Notes: generated by a model not told the origin, from the letters alone. A stretch of 64,000 bases of DNA from Thermoplasmata archaeon (GCA_021800105.1 JAJYZI010000002.1:1390-65389), one strand, 5' to 3'. Shown: positions 26,601 through 35,862, numbered from the stretch's first letter. Program-made: numbers and translations.

Positions 26601-28017
26601 CGTAGCCGGAATCAACGACGGTAGCTAGATATGCTTTATCTGTAGCGTAGTTGAGTGCCTGTCTGAAAGCCGTGATATTCATCGGCGCCTGGTCACTATG
26701 CGAGTTTAGCTGCATAAAGCCGTACCCTGAAGAAGCCTTGTGGAAAATGTACGTATTAGCGAAAGTATCAACTACCGGGACAAAGCTCGGGTCGACGCCC
26801 TCCGTTATTGTTTGAACCTGACGCTCAGACATTGCAGTAACAGCGGCAGACAAAGTAGAGTAATAAGGATATTCAACAGCCAGTATTTTGGGAGTGTATT
26901 GATGCCATAAGGTCGGTGTTGCCCAACTGTTATTGGCTATATATGAAGAGTACGTTGTAGAATTAGTATACTGTACGAAATAGTAAGGATTAGCGTACAG
27001 TTCCCATCCCAGACTTTGTATATAATAACCATTAGTATGGTTATAGGCGTTGACCATCATAAATGGGCCGGTTCCTACATAGCCTGGTGCATAACCAGTG
27101 GCCTTATTATACCCAAGCTCCCAGTCATTATATCCCGTACCAGTTACCATTGAGGGGTTATAGTTCCAATCACCAGTTACGTCCGCGTATTCGTGCGAGA
27201 CCCATATGTGGTATGGTAGGACAGGTGTTTCCAGTGTATAAGTGGAGAAGGTTGCAGAAGTAGTACTTAGTAAATATTCAACGGTCAGATTATTTATTGG
27301 GATAACATTTACAACATTAGAATATTCTGTGCTATAGTCTTTTGATTGCACGAGCAGTTCCCATGAAAGAATAAAGTCTGCAGCTTGAACCTCGTATGTC
27401 AACATGCTCATTGACTTGTATCTTGAATAGGTGTGTGTATATGGGGTGCCGGAAGCAGTGTAGTATGTCTGTGAATTTGAGTATGTGTAAGTTGAAGAAG
27501 CATTTGCAGAAGTCCAATCAGTCCATTTGACTCCTGGAACAATATGTAAGGTATATGACAGATTATATTCAGTCCATTTTCCGGTCAAAGGATCAAAAGT
27601 GGTATGGTTAGTAAGAGCGGAAGTATTCGCATATGTGTATGATGAAGCAAGCCAAGGTATGTACGTACCATTTGGCAATTCTTGATATGCTGTGTCGTAA
27701 ATCTCATCAGTTAACAGGCCTGCATATAAACTGGTTTGCAACAAAATATTTTCGTGCCCTATGTTAATTGTACTTGCTACTTTATAAACCCCGCCTGTGT
27801 ATCCTGGTTCGCTAGACGTCACAGTTCCAGGTGTCCAAGCAGTCAAGGAGTTTACTGGCGAAAGTGTGGTTTTTCCATTTAGCTTGCTAGCAGGGTGACT
27901 TGGCGTACTTGCTGGGCCCACTCCATTGTAGAGCATCATGCCCACTCCCGATAATACCATAAGAGCCGCTACAGCCAACGTCACGGATACCAATCCAATC
28001 TTCTTCTTTGAAACCAT
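23695..28017 (-). CDS. Giant surface-anchored family-5 (OppA/DppA-like) substrate-binding glycoprotein
   Basis: 1440 aa. It has an N-terminal signal/anchor helix and an SBP_bac_5-like core (..FMQLN...APMNITAFRQALNYATDK..). These are followed by Ig-like modules (..GTAIVKVTSNLTGAPVSGANVTV..), three tandem repeats and a C-terminal TM helix with an RRKK stop-transfer. Confidence 0.75.
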   Translation of the reverse strand: MVSKKKIGLVSVTLAVAALMVLSGVGMMLYNGVGPASTPSHPASKLNGKTTLSPVNSLTAWTPGTVTSSEPGYTGGVYKVASTINIGHENILLQTSLYAGLLTDEIYDTAYQELPNGTYIPWLASSYTYANTSALTNHTTFDPLTGKWTEYNLSYTLHIVPGVKWTDWTSANASSTYTYSNSQTYYTASGTPYTHTYSRYKSMSMLTYEVQAADFILSWELLVQSKDYSTEYSNVVNVIPINNLTVEYLLSTTSATFSTYTLETPVLPYHIWVSHEYADVTGDWNYNPSMVTGTGYNDWELGYNKATGYAPGYVGTGPFMMVNAYNHTNGYYIQSLGWELYANPYYFVQYTNSTTYSSYIANNSWATPTLWHQYTPKILAVEYPYYSTLSAAVTAMSERQVQTITEGVDPSFVPVVDTFANTYIFHKASSGYGFMQLNSHSDQAPMNITAFRQALNYATDKAYLATVVDSGYDILGQPIIPPSDPLWRNDSTPTYTYNPAKAESLIGSIPGMKNESGVWYYNNVRVTANIQITSAGPNPLGVEGALVIASEWTSIGVPTTVTQESFTTLIPNLDNYNYNVISLGITGVSGDPTGFYLETYNYNLGYGTGFYLGPWSTISYGGKTLTGAQVNDTLNNLTVKLNSITNIVTRISISDEIQGIGAIESTLINLGYGIDILPFTNTTFTNISEIEVPYAAYMYWAVLTTHMRTSSLTSHYTSKYDVSVQVSNSTFFNGQKGTAIVKVTSNLTGAPVSGANVTVGVSPTGATLNITSDTGITNSAGQYVWKFTVLSTQPLIYTSQYFGRLNFTAVATGNSSVEPGLGSALANVLPQGLKVVTPPTPKLSGNNKQLYWMKFENATNGNPISNFSYTIQVASGAILMTPAYPGESETNTSTAQSIVCPACPSGYLNYSYYSVNDVGNPSNPNVTSISGLTGPNGTVYFWIQANTSYDYASYGYQNFTYIFLGSIAEGTPVSGAPYYMLPAEWTTSSSVSPIFGTKNGYGVQQPIEFPVEMLSGTPKDNVSISVSSDTMAYNGHITVSATVVNATTGSPVKGYTVDLQSQNILGANRGYFNNTTGTLMLAPNPNSLFGSSYLSAIQLVTNANGVASATFYPGFYNYNTTKVLVPSPYEKNSAVPFDSFIITALGQNGTAATPADSLTVYSTPIYPPTYTVTFSENALPAGTAWTVNLSNGQSNTSTTSSITFELVNGTYSYVVSSSDVDYLGTSGQITVNGAPVSQHASFVYSYSVTFSETGLASGTTWSVTVNGTLISSSSSLATIREFNGTYSYSVAPVAGYNLISAHSGSFQVKGASVNISLVFKQVLYSVTVTESGLPSGSSWYVMLANGTKLNSTSTTISFNEPNGTYSVTFNTTASNYLPSSSSVSFTVSGQPVSVSVSFHSVSKTPNNTLLYVVIGVVVAVIVIGAAVGLMMRRKKPPVGQ
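23809..24510 (-). repeat. Three tandem coding repeats of about 78 aa (Y(S/T)VT(F/V)(S/T)E.(A/G)L(P/A)(S/A)G(T/S).W.V...NGT...S....I.F.(.)(P/V/F)NGTYSY)
   Basis: Repeat boundaries were mapped to codons: 24510-24283, 24282-24049 and 24048-23809. The Tyr codons at 24510 and 24048 were checked against the DNA; the 24282 boundary follows from residue counting. Confidence 0.8.
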
Positions 28018-28185
28018 TTTTGCACCTATACCGATTGAACCTTATACGAATACGTTAATAAAAGTTTTTCCTTCATCGACATTAGTTAAATGTCAAGAAA
28101 TAGAGAATTGACGTTGCCTGTGCAAAATCCTGCACATACCATAGATACACCGTAGCATCTGCGGGAGAAATATGCGTATGAATTG

Positions 28186-29574
28186 TTACGGCTTGGCTGG
28201 CCCAGGCATTGATAAATCCCTTTGCAGTGTATTGATATTTAACAACTGTGCTTCTGTGGATTCAAAGCGGAATCCCATCTTGGAGTAAATGACAAAATGA
28301 TCCTTTCTCTTACCCCGCATCCATGGAACTTCTCTTGATTTAGCTGCTAGCGCTTCAACAGAATCCCTTAGAAGTGGGGTCTGTGTCCAGTGGGTATCAA
28401 CAAAATATGCATCAAGTGTCTCCTTATCAAGTGCAACAATATCAATTTTTGACGTTTCGCCTTTCCATGTATAATAGAGCAATTGCCTTTCCCTTCCTAT
28501 TATATAGTCATGCAGATGCTGGAAGCATATCCCAGTAAAAGTTCGGGTCGTATGCCTTTCAAGATCTATTCGTATCGCATTCTTGACTTCCTGTGTCCTC
28601 CCCCGCTCAAGCATGCCCAAGTTTGGCTTCATGAATGAGAACCAGAACCTGGTAAAATTGTCGCTTATTGAGAATAGTGCCCTAGTTCCTGCTGGCTTGT
28701 CAGAGAGCATACTACTCTTCTGGATTATTGCATACCTGGATTCTAGGAGCCTGAGCTCAGACTGGATTTCTCTCTTTGCAATTCCCGTCTCCATGGAAAG
28801 TTCCTCAAGCGTCTTTGGCCCATAACCCATGTGTTGCAGTATGTCAAAGATCTTGTACCTGTTCTTCACTCCGGATAGAAGGGTAAATTTAGCGTAATTG
28901 TAAAGGTAGCTAGATCTGTCCAGGATATTCTCTTCGATGTTCCTTTCAAGGTTCAGCCTTGGGTTGAAGTGCGTGAGGGAATGAGGGTTTCCACCGAACA
29001 CTGAATAGACGCCAATCGCCTCTTCAGGCGTAAGGCCTGACAGCAGGGGTAGGGTCTCTGCATAAGACAGATCTCCCAGAACCATCCTTTCTGTTGCCCT
29101 GTTGAAAATTGAGTTTGAAGACCTCAGCTCTGCCGGTCCAGGTATAACTGGGCTCGCCATAACCATTATGACAGTAAGGTTCTGCGAAAGAGGGAGGGAG
29201 TCCCACCAGGAATTGAAATCAGACACGAACCTTCTCGACTGGTTCACGATGTCCTGGAATGAGTCAATCACCAGAAGCAAACCCTGCATTACGGATTCAT
29301 CTTTTATAATTTGAAGAATATCTGCATAGGTCTCGGGAGTCTTTAATGCCTTTACTGTTCCGGAAGCAACTATCTGGGACCAGAACGATCCAACGATACC
29401 TTTCTCGCCATACCCGTTGGGTATGAGGTATATGGACCTGCATGTTGACATCAGTTGGTTGACCAGTTCAGTCTTGCCTGAACCAACTGCACCAGAAAGT
29501 GTAAGGAGTTTCTTTCCGCCCTTAATGTGCAGCTTTTTCAGATGATCTAACTCGTATAATCGACCCAGAAACAT
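28186..29574 (-). CDS. Archaeal ATPase family (Arch_ATPase/COG1672-like) with winged-helix and DUF234-like C-terminus
   Basis: MFLGRLYELDHL.. start typical of the family, P-loop GAVGSGKTEL, Walker B-like LLLVIDSFQD, a wHTH-like segment (FDILQHMGYGPKTLEELSMETGI) and a C-terminal ..KIDIVALD.. block. I chose the start at Met9 of the ORF track. Confidence 0.65.
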   Translation of the reverse strand: MFLGRLYELDHLKKLHIKGGKKLLTLSGAVGSGKTELVNQLMSTCRSIYLIPNGYGEKGIVGSFWSQIVASGTVKALKTPETYADILQIIKDESVMQGLLLVIDSFQDIVNQSRRFVSDFNSWWDSLPLSQNLTVIMVMASPVIPGPAELRSSNSIFNRATERMVLGDLSYAETLPLLSGLTPEEAIGVYSVFGGNPHSLTHFNPRLNLERNIEENILDRSSYLYNYAKFTLLSGVKNRYKIFDILQHMGYGPKTLEELSMETGIAKREIQSELRLLESRYAIIQKSSMLSDKPAGTRALFSISDNFTRFWFSFMKPNLGMLERGRTQEVKNAIRIDLERHTTRTFTGICFQHLHDYIIGRERQLLYYTWKGETSKIDIVALDKETLDAYFVDTHWTQTPLLRDSVEALAAKSREVPWMRGKRKDHFVIYSKMGFRFESTEAQLLNINTLQRDLSMPGPAKP

Positions 29575-29703
29575 ATAAATAACATGAGATAAAAGCATAA
29601 TACGATTTCGCTCATTATTTCAATAATTTAGAAAATGAATGCAGCGAAGTCTTATAATAACGGGTAACGGTAATAAAAACAGTTAGGGATAAAGGTCAAA
29701 AGC

Positions 29704-30696
29704 TCAGTCACCTACATATATGATGCTTGATCCGTTATAGTCAAAGCCTACCTCAACTTCCCTGAGGTCATGAAGTGCCTCTTTTACCCTGGATCTCCTG
29801 TCTGGATCAACGATGAAGAGAAGGAAGCCGCCACCGCCGGCTCCGACCAGCTTTCCTCCGTATGCTCCTGCCCTGATCCCCTTCTCGTACAACGCTGATA
29901 TGGAATCGCTTGAGATACCGTCAGCCAGGCCCGATTTAAGTTTCCAGTTCTCGTCAACCAGTCTCCCAGCCTCCTCGAGATCACCTTTGTTGAGGGAGCG
30001 CGGGAATTCCTCGGCAATCTGCACCATTCTTTCGTAACTCTTGATGTTCTGGCGCATGCCCTGGGACTGCTTCCTGTGTATCTCGGTAGATGCCCTCGTC
30101 TTGCCCGTATAGAGAAGAAGGATAGCAGATTGAAGGCGCTGAAGTTCGGCCTGCTTCATTATAATAGGAGTGACCTTCACGGATTCGTCTGGCTGGAAGG
30201 TGAAGGATCTGACTCCACCGTATGCGGCAATATACTGGTCCTGCTTGCCTCCGGGTTCCCGCAGTATCTCCCTTTCTATCTTGACTGCTTCCTGCGCAAG
30301 TGTGGAAGCGGAAGCGAACTGCCCGATATAGGAGTGCAGGGCATGTAGGAGGCTGACAAGGAATGTGCTGCTTGATCCAAGCCCGGTTCCCTGCGATGGG
30401 ATGTCCGATATACTTACGATTTCTATCCCACCATCTATCCCAAGGTATTTCAGTGCTTCCCTTACAGTGGGATGCTGTATCTCGGCGACAGAATCCACGA
30501 TTTCTGTCTTCGAATAGCTCACCCTTATCTGGGAATCAAATTTCTTGTTGACGAGAACGAAGATGTATTTGTCTATTGCAGCTGAGACGCATATTCCAGG
30601 GCCATGGGATCTATAAAAATCTGCAATATCTGTGCCTCCCCCAACGAATGTTATACGGAGTGGGGCCCTGGCCATATACATTGAATTTTCTATCAT
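29704..30696 (-). CDS. GHMP-family sugar kinase (heptose-7-P kinase/HddA-like)
   Basis: RAPLRITFVGGGTD N-terminus and GHMP motif PSQGTGLGSSSTFLVSLLHAL. ATGA overlap with the upstream epimerase gene. Confidence 0.7.
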   Translation of the reverse strand: MIENSMYMARAPLRITFVGGGTDIADFYRSHGPGICVSAAIDKYIFVLVNKKFDSQIRVSYSKTEIVDSVAEIQHPTVREALKYLGIDGGIEIVSISDIPSQGTGLGSSSTFLVSLLHALHSYIGQFASASTLAQEAVKIEREILREPGGKQDQYIAAYGGVRSFTFQPDESVKVTPIIMKQAELQRLQSAILLLYTGKTRASTEIHRKQSQGMRQNIKSYERMVQIAEEFPRSLNKGDLEEAGRLVDENWKLKSGLADGISSDSISALYEKGIRAGAYGGKLVGAGGGGFLLFIVDPDRRSRVKEALHDLREVEVGFDYNGSSIIYVGD

Positions 30697-31610
30697 TTTA
30701 CACCATAATACCTTGCTAGCGTGCGTAGGCCTGAATCAAGGTCTACCTTTGCCTTGAAGCCGAGTTTCCTGCTTGCCTTCGTGGTATCGGCAAGTGTCTC
30801 CATAACATAGTTCTTGACCGGCATTTCAATATATTTAGCGCTTATGCTGCTTCCGAGTAGATTGTTAATCTTGTCAACCAGATCATTCAGTGAATAGTTT
30901 ACACCGGAGCCTACATTGTATACTTCGAAGCCTTTCGATTTAGAAGCATTAAGAACTGCGTCCACCACATCAGTGACGAAGACAAAGTCCCTTCTCTGCG
31001 TTCCATCGCCGTATATTACGGGCTGTTCCTTCTTTATCATTGCCTTCATGAATTGTGTCGCCAGGTTAGCATAGCCATGCTTTGCATCTTCATGAAAGCC
31101 GTAGACTGAAAAAAACCTCATCGCAGAAACGTTCATACCATATAACTTGTAGTAGAGTTCGGACAAGCGCTCTGCCTCTATCCTTCCTTCTGTGTAGTAG
31201 TCGGTGACTCCAGGAATGACATCCTCCCTGTGAGGCGGTTTTATCCCATTGTAAATGGAAGATGTTGATGAGAAGACTACAGGACAGTCATTCTTCCTTG
31301 CAAGCTCAAGTACCGATATCATGCCGTCTATGACCTCTGCCACTAGATGCGGATTCTCCCTGTACATTGGAGAAGCAGAATAGAAACCAAGGTGGTAGAT
31401 GCATGACACCCTATCCTTTATTTCACCTATGTTCTTCGCATCCTTCTTGAGGAATTTTACACCAGATTTTTCCGGTCCTGAAATGTTGTCCCTTGATCCT
31501 GTGTGCAGGTTGTCGAGAACTATTACAGAATTATCCTTGGAAAGGGCTTCAACGAGGTTGCTGCCTATAAAGCCGGCACCGCCAGTAACTATAACGCTAG
31601 AATTTGTCAT
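30693..31610 (-). CDS. NAD-dependent nucleotide-sugar epimerase/dehydratase (SDR extended family)
   Basis: VTGGAGFIGSNL Rossmann motif and YxxxK-type catalytic region (YYKLYG..). 305 aa. Confidence 0.8.
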   Translation of the reverse strand: MTNSSVIVTGGAGFIGSNLVEALSKDNSVIVLDNLHTGSRDNISGPEKSGVKFLKKDAKNIGEIKDRVSCIYHLGFYSASPMYRENPHLVAEVIDGMISVLELARKNDCPVVFSSTSSIYNGIKPPHREDVIPGVTDYYTEGRIEAERLSELYYKLYGMNVSAMRFFSVYGFHEDAKHGYANLATQFMKAMIKKEQPVIYGDGTQRRDFVFVTDVVDAVLNASKSKGFEVYNVGSGVNYSLNDLVDKINNLLGSSISAKYIEMPVKNYVMETLADTTKASRKLGFKAKVDLDSGLRTLARYYGVK

Positions 31611-31693
31611 TTCATGGAGCTTATCGTTAACGTTAATAAAAAAATAATGGAAAAATTAAAAGGTAAATGGTTATTCGCCAATTGCTGTATTGT

Positions 31694-32152
31694 TCAGGAA
31701 GTGATTGTCGCACTGTTGATGACTACCTTGTTTACCGGTCTGTCACCTGCATCTGTCTTCGAGGACCCGATCTTGTCGACAACATCCATGCCTTTCACTA
31801 CCTTGCCGAACACAGGATGTTTCCTGTCCAGGTAGTTGTTGTCGACCAGATTGATGAAGAACTGGCTTCCACCGGTGTTCGGACCGGCGTTTGCCATTGA
31901 AATTGTCCCGCGGTCATTCCTGTTGTTTTTTGAGAATTCATCCTTTATTGAATAACCGGGTCCCCCCATTCCAGTCCCTGTTGGATCGCCGCCCTGTATC
32001 ATGAAGTTCTTGATCACCCTGTGGAAAATTACACCGTTGTAGAATCCCTTTTCCACTAGTTTCCTGAAGTTGCCAGCGGTTACCGGCATTTCCTTCTCGA
32101 AGAGTTCTATCTCTATGTTTCCCATGTTGGTTTCTAGCAGAGCTTTTACCAT
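31694..32152 (-). CDS. Cyclophilin-type peptidyl-prolyl cis-trans isomerase
   Basis: ..FHRVIKNFMIQGGDPTGTG.GG.. and ..GTISMANAGPNTGGSQFFI.. are hallmark cyclophilin motifs. Confidence 0.9.
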   Translation of the reverse strand: MVKALLETNMGNIEIELFEKEMPVTAGNFRKLVEKGFYNGVIFHRVIKNFMIQGGDPTGTGMGGPGYSIKDEFSKNNRNDRGTISMANAGPNTGGSQFFINLVDNNYLDRKHPVFGKVVKGMDVVDKIGSSKTDAGDRPVNKVVINSATITS

Positions 32153-32236
32153 GGCAATCGAAAGGCAACCCTAGATATTAAAGCTAGCAAGCTGTTTTCG
32201 CAGATAGCTCTTGCCAGATGCCATGAAGCATACACC

Positions 32237-32974
32237 CTATATCTCAATAATCTTTCCGCGTGGGAGTTTTTCTATCGCACTGAGATCCAGGCCCTTGAAG
32301 TGACTGGAAAACGCTACGCTCGAGGAAAATATCAGGCGCATTTTACGATTTCCGGATGAATATAACATGGAATTCTCCCGGTAAACAGTTGCTTCCGGAG
32401 CGTCTGTATAGGCCAGTCCTTCCCTTTCTCCCGAAACCCTGTTGTAGGATACAAGAAAGAGGTTGGCAATTGACTTTATAGCTTCAAGATCGGAGATTAT
32501 CTTTATTGCCTGTTGGAGTTTACTCTTTGCGTTCCCGGGCTGTCTCATAAAGAGATCAAAAAAAACCTGGCTGTCAGATTCTCCTACCGGAACCGGTATT
32601 TCCATGTATTCTGCCATTTTAGCCTTATCGAAGTCCCCGTTATGGCTCAACCAGTATTCAGATTCGGCATCGAATGCATGGAAGGGGTGAGTGAATCCAA
32701 CCCCCACCGGTTCTCCAGTGCTTGTTTTCCTGGCATGTATCATGAACAGTCCGTCACGCATGTTCGGGACCTCTGCATCATAAACGGGTTGAGCATACTT
32801 GCCATATTCGATGGTATCCTTAATGTTCACAAATCCCCAGCCATCCGGGTGGCTGTAGACTGATCCGTCCGGTTCCCTGTTCAAGGGGTCATTACTGCAT
32901 ACCTCCTTAAAAGCCGATATTAGCGGTACAAACACGGAGGCGAAGTCGCCCTTCAGGAGCATCATCCTGCACAT
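32237..32974 (-). CDS. Class II (Ntn) glutamine amidotransferase domain protein
   Basis: Met-Cys N-terminus (Cys2 nucleophile), HPDGWG, HARKTS.G and SHNGDF motifs typical of GATase_6/YafJ-like proteins. Confidence 0.65.
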   Translation of the reverse strand: MCRMMLLKGDFASVFVPLISAFKEVCSNDPLNREPDGSVYSHPDGWGFVNIKDTIEYGKYAQPVYDAEVPNMRDGLFMIHARKTSTGEPVGVGFTHPFHAFDAESEYWLSHNGDFDKAKMAEYMEIPVPVGESDSQVFFDLFMRQPGNAKSKLQQAIKIISDLEAIKSIANLFLVSYNRVSGEREGLAYTDAPEATVYRENSMLYSSGNRKMRLIFSSSVAFSSHFKGLDLSAIEKLPRGKIIEI

Positions 32975-33043
32975 ATACGGCTATCTCCGGGTAAAATTAA
33001 TCTTTTCTGCATATCAAGAAGTATGTTTTCGGCGACACCCGGT

Positions 33044-33442
33044 TCAGCCTATGAATCTCGGAATAACAAAGATTGCAATCAGAAGGTTGAACAGCACTAC
33101 TGCGTCCAGAAGCGTATAAAGCTTGTTTCTCTCATGCCCGAAGGTTATAAGTGCATCAATCAGTACGGTAAGCGGTGTAAAAATGAGTACCCACAGTCCT
33201 ACAGATATGAAATAAAGACCGTCGCCATTAATCAGACCCTGCAGGAAATTAGCCGGAAGCAATGACTTCGAAGTTATCGTGTATCCCGGATTATGGTAGT
33301 TGGCTACCTGTGAGAGGGACATACTATCGCCACCACCCCTTATAAAGACCAGCACGACGCCTATAATGATCATTGAAAGGCTTAAGATTACGCCTGATTT
33401 CAGTATCAAGCTCGTGATTGAGTTCTGGTCAAGTTTAGGCAT
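33044..33442 (-). CDS. DUF1634-like small membrane protein
   Basis: 132 aa with 3-4 TM helices, overlapping the upstream TauE/SafE gene by 8 nt. This pairing is the usual context of DUF1634. Confidence 0.45.
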   Translation of the reverse strand: MPKLDQNSITSLILKSGVILSLSMIIIGVVLVFIRGGGDSMSLSQVANYHNPGYTITSKSLLPANFLQGLINGDGLYFISVGLWVLIFTPLTVLIDALITFGHERNKLYTLLDAVVLFNLLIAIFVIPRFIG

Positions 33443-34415
33443 GGAGTCTATCCCTCCTTACTTTTGCATATAAAAGAAGAAGCAGCACTATCGAGATCAC
33501 TATGGAAACGGCGAAACCGATGTATGATATGGTACCTGTGGAAGGCAGGCCCTGCTTGTTTGCAATACCGCTGAATATCATGTCAACGCCCAGGAAAGCC
33601 AGGACCCAGAAGAATATCCACCTTATCCTGACGTTAGTGATCCGCACAAGTATCTTCGAGCCGAGATATGCACCCGCAAGCACGCCGATTGCGGTCGCCG
33701 CTGCAAGGAATGGTTGTATATATCCGGCGAACCAGTATATCGAGCTTCCGGTGGCCGCTGTTATCCCTATCATGAAGTTACTGCTTGTGGTAGTGACTTT
33801 CATGGGCAGGTTCATTGCCCAGTCCATTCCTAGCACCTTCAAGGCACCGCTTCCTATGCCGAGAAGACCCGATATGAATCCCGCAAAGAACATTACTATT
33901 TCTCCCAGCCACCATCTGACGGCATGGTAATCCACCTGTTTCCTCAGCTTCTGGTCATAATATGTTCCATAAAGGTTGAATATTCTCGTTGTCCAGTCAG
34001 GCTTCATCGGCTTGGGCAGTTCAAATCTTGCACGGTTTATTGTAGGCACAAGGGAGATCAACAGAACGAGACCGAAGATGACATAGATTATCCAAATAAA
34101 CCCCGTCTTGTAAACAGCAATCAGGGTAAGGCTGCCCACAATCGCTCCCGTTGTGGTTGCGACCTCAAGACCAATCGCAATCCTGATGTTGGCGATCTTG
34201 CTCTTAGTATAGCCGGAGGCGGATCCAGCTGATGTTGCAATCGTGGAAATAAGGGAAGCCCCCGTAGCAAACACTATAGGAATGCCAAGAAAAAGCGTCA
34301 GGACCGGGACGAGAACGGTGCCCCCGCCTAGTCCTGTAAGAGAGCCTAACAATCCTGCAAGGAATCCTGCAACAACCACGGATATGAATGAAAGCAGTAT
34401 CGAAACAGGATCCAT
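33435..34415 (-). CDS. TauE/SafE (DUF81) family anion exporter
   Basis: About 8 TM helices with duplicated ..G(L/I)GGG(T/A)..VP.. style motifs (LTGLGGGTVLVPVL; LLGIGSGALKV). Confidence 0.7.
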   Translation of the reverse strand: MDPVSILLSFISVVVAGFLAGLLGSLTGLGGGTVLVPVLTLFLGIPIVFATGASLISTIATSAGSASGYTKSKIANIRIAIGLEVATTTGAIVGSLTLIAVYKTGFIWIIYVIFGLVLLISLVPTINRARFELPKPMKPDWTTRIFNLYGTYYDQKLRKQVDYHAVRWWLGEIVMFFAGFISGLLGIGSGALKVLGMDWAMNLPMKVTTTSSNFMIGITAATGSSIYWFAGYIQPFLAAATAIGVLAGAYLGSKILVRITNVRIRWIFFWVLAFLGVDMIFSGIANKQGLPSTGTISYIGFAVSIVISIVLLLLLYAKVRRDRLHA

Positions 34416-34691
34416 TGCCTTGTTATCGCATTATTTTATATTATATTATTCTGGAACTGGATTCAAAAAAATTCTTGAGTGAAAGTTCTTAGCATTTCCC
34501 ATGACAGATACAGATGCGTAGAGAAGGTTAAATCGTGAATAAAAGGAAGCTGGATACCTTTATATCGCCTTATATGGTGAGATATCAGACATTGTTGGAA
34601 AGAATAGTATTTTGGAGGCTGTGCCAATTCTATGAAAAAAACAAGTACAGGTTCGCTATACCTATTTATATTTTCTAAGTATACATAACAT

Positions 34692-35702
34692 ATGTCACCG
34701 AATATCACAGATCTGAGATTGGGAGAAGATCTCTTGAAAAGAGGCTTCGCAAAGATGACGAAGGGAGGGGTTATAATGGATGTTACAACGGCTGAGCAGG
34801 CAAGAATTGCAGAAGCTGCCGGAGCAGTTGCCGTTATGGCCCTGGAACGTGTTCCTGCAGATATAAGGGCTGCAGGAGGTGTTGCGCGGATGGCTGATCC
34901 AAACAAGATAAAGGAGATTATGGAAACGGTCAGTATACCCGTGATGGCCAAGGTCAGGATTGGTCACATATCGGAGGCGTACACACTGGCGAGCCTGGGT
35001 GTCGATATGCTTGACGAAAGTGAGGTTCTTACTCCGGCTGATCCTTTCTTCCACATCAACAAGAAAGATCTTAAGATACCAGTCGTATGCGGCGCCCGCA
35101 ACCTTGGCGAGGCTGTCAGGAGGATCTTTGAAGGTGCGGCAATGATCAGGACAAAGGGAGAGGCTGGAACCGGGAACATCATAGAGGCAGTACGTCACAT
35201 GAGGGTCGTGAACGAAGGCATCAAGATGGTAAAAGGCATGAATGCGGATGACCTGAAGAAGGTCGCATCAACAATGTCAGATAGCTACCGTATTGTGAGA
35301 AGGGAGATATCTAACCAGTTTTTCGGCGATGAGAAGCATTTAGGAGACGACGATCTCTTTTACGGCAAGAGCGGCAAGCAGATCGAGGCAGAATTATTCC
35401 AGGTCCTCGACCAGGTCAAGAAACAGGGCAGGCTTCCTGTCGTGAATTTTGCAGCCGGAGGAGTGGCGACGCCTGCTGATGGAGCTCTCATGATGAAGCT
35501 GGGTGCAGATGGAGTCTTTGTAGGAAGTGGAATATTCAAGTCACCTGATCCGCCTGAGATGGCCAAGGCCGTGGTTGAAGCAGTTGAGAATTACGAGGAC
35601 TACCAGATAATAGGAACAGTCTCGCAGGGACTGACTGGAATGAACGGTTTGGATATAGAACAGATGCCAAAAGATATGAGGCTGCAAGAGAGAGGATGGT
35701 AA
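34692..35702 (+). CDS. pdxS: Pyridoxal 5'-phosphate synthase, synthase subunit
   Basis: ..[42 protein letters not shown].. and ..[32 protein letters not shown].. are near-invariant PdxS segments. No pdxT is adjacent. Confidence 0.95.
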   Translation: MSPNITDLRLGEDLLKRGFAKMTKGGVIMDVTTAEQARIAEAAGAVAVMALERVPADIRAAGGVARMADPNKIKEIMETVSIPVMAKVRIGHISEAYTLASLGVDMLDESEVLTPADPFFHINKKDLKIPVVCGARNLGEAVRRIFEGAAMIRTKGEAGTGNIIEAVRHMRVVNEGIKMVKGMNADDLKKVASTMSDSYRIVRREISNQFFGDEKHLGDDDLFYGKSGKQIEAELFQVLDQVKKQGRLPVVNFAAGGVATPADGALMMKLGADGVFVGSGIFKSPDPPEMAKAVVEAVENYEDYQIIGTVSQGLTGMNGLDIEQMPKDMRLQERGW

Positions 35703-35862
35703 TATCCTTTTCAGCCTCCTTTACACAATTGAACTATTCGTCATTTTAATCCTTCTTTTTGTACTATCGCAGCTTTTCGGAATATTCGACCTGAAGGGAG
35801 GCATAGGTGCAACCATAATCGGCGGAATAATTGTTTTCTCCACCGATATCGAATGGCTTTCC

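Noticed and set aside
20284-28017. The binding-protein and permease-insertion genes look visibly more A/T-rich than the flanking ATPase and tricorn genes, which could indicate horizontal acquisition.
   Set aside because: The shift coincides exactly with the Asn/Ser/Thr/Tyr/Ile-rich extracellular domains. The permease TM core and the ATPase in the same operon look like the rest of the window. It is therefore probably driven by amino-acid composition, and I cannot compute GC or codon statistics here.
28118-28146. Small hairpin GTGCA-aaatcc-TGCAC in the spacer between the ATPase gene and the ABC operon.
   Set aside because: A 5-bp stem alone is not evidence for a terminator or operator, and archaeal termination mainly uses T-tracts.
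34463-34951. 162-aa minus-strand ORF spanning the TauE/pdxS intergenic region and the pdxS 5' end.
   Set aside because: It is antisense to the near-invariant PdxS N-terminus, and its Ala/Ser/Ile-rich translation is typical of a shadow frame. It has no recognisable motif.
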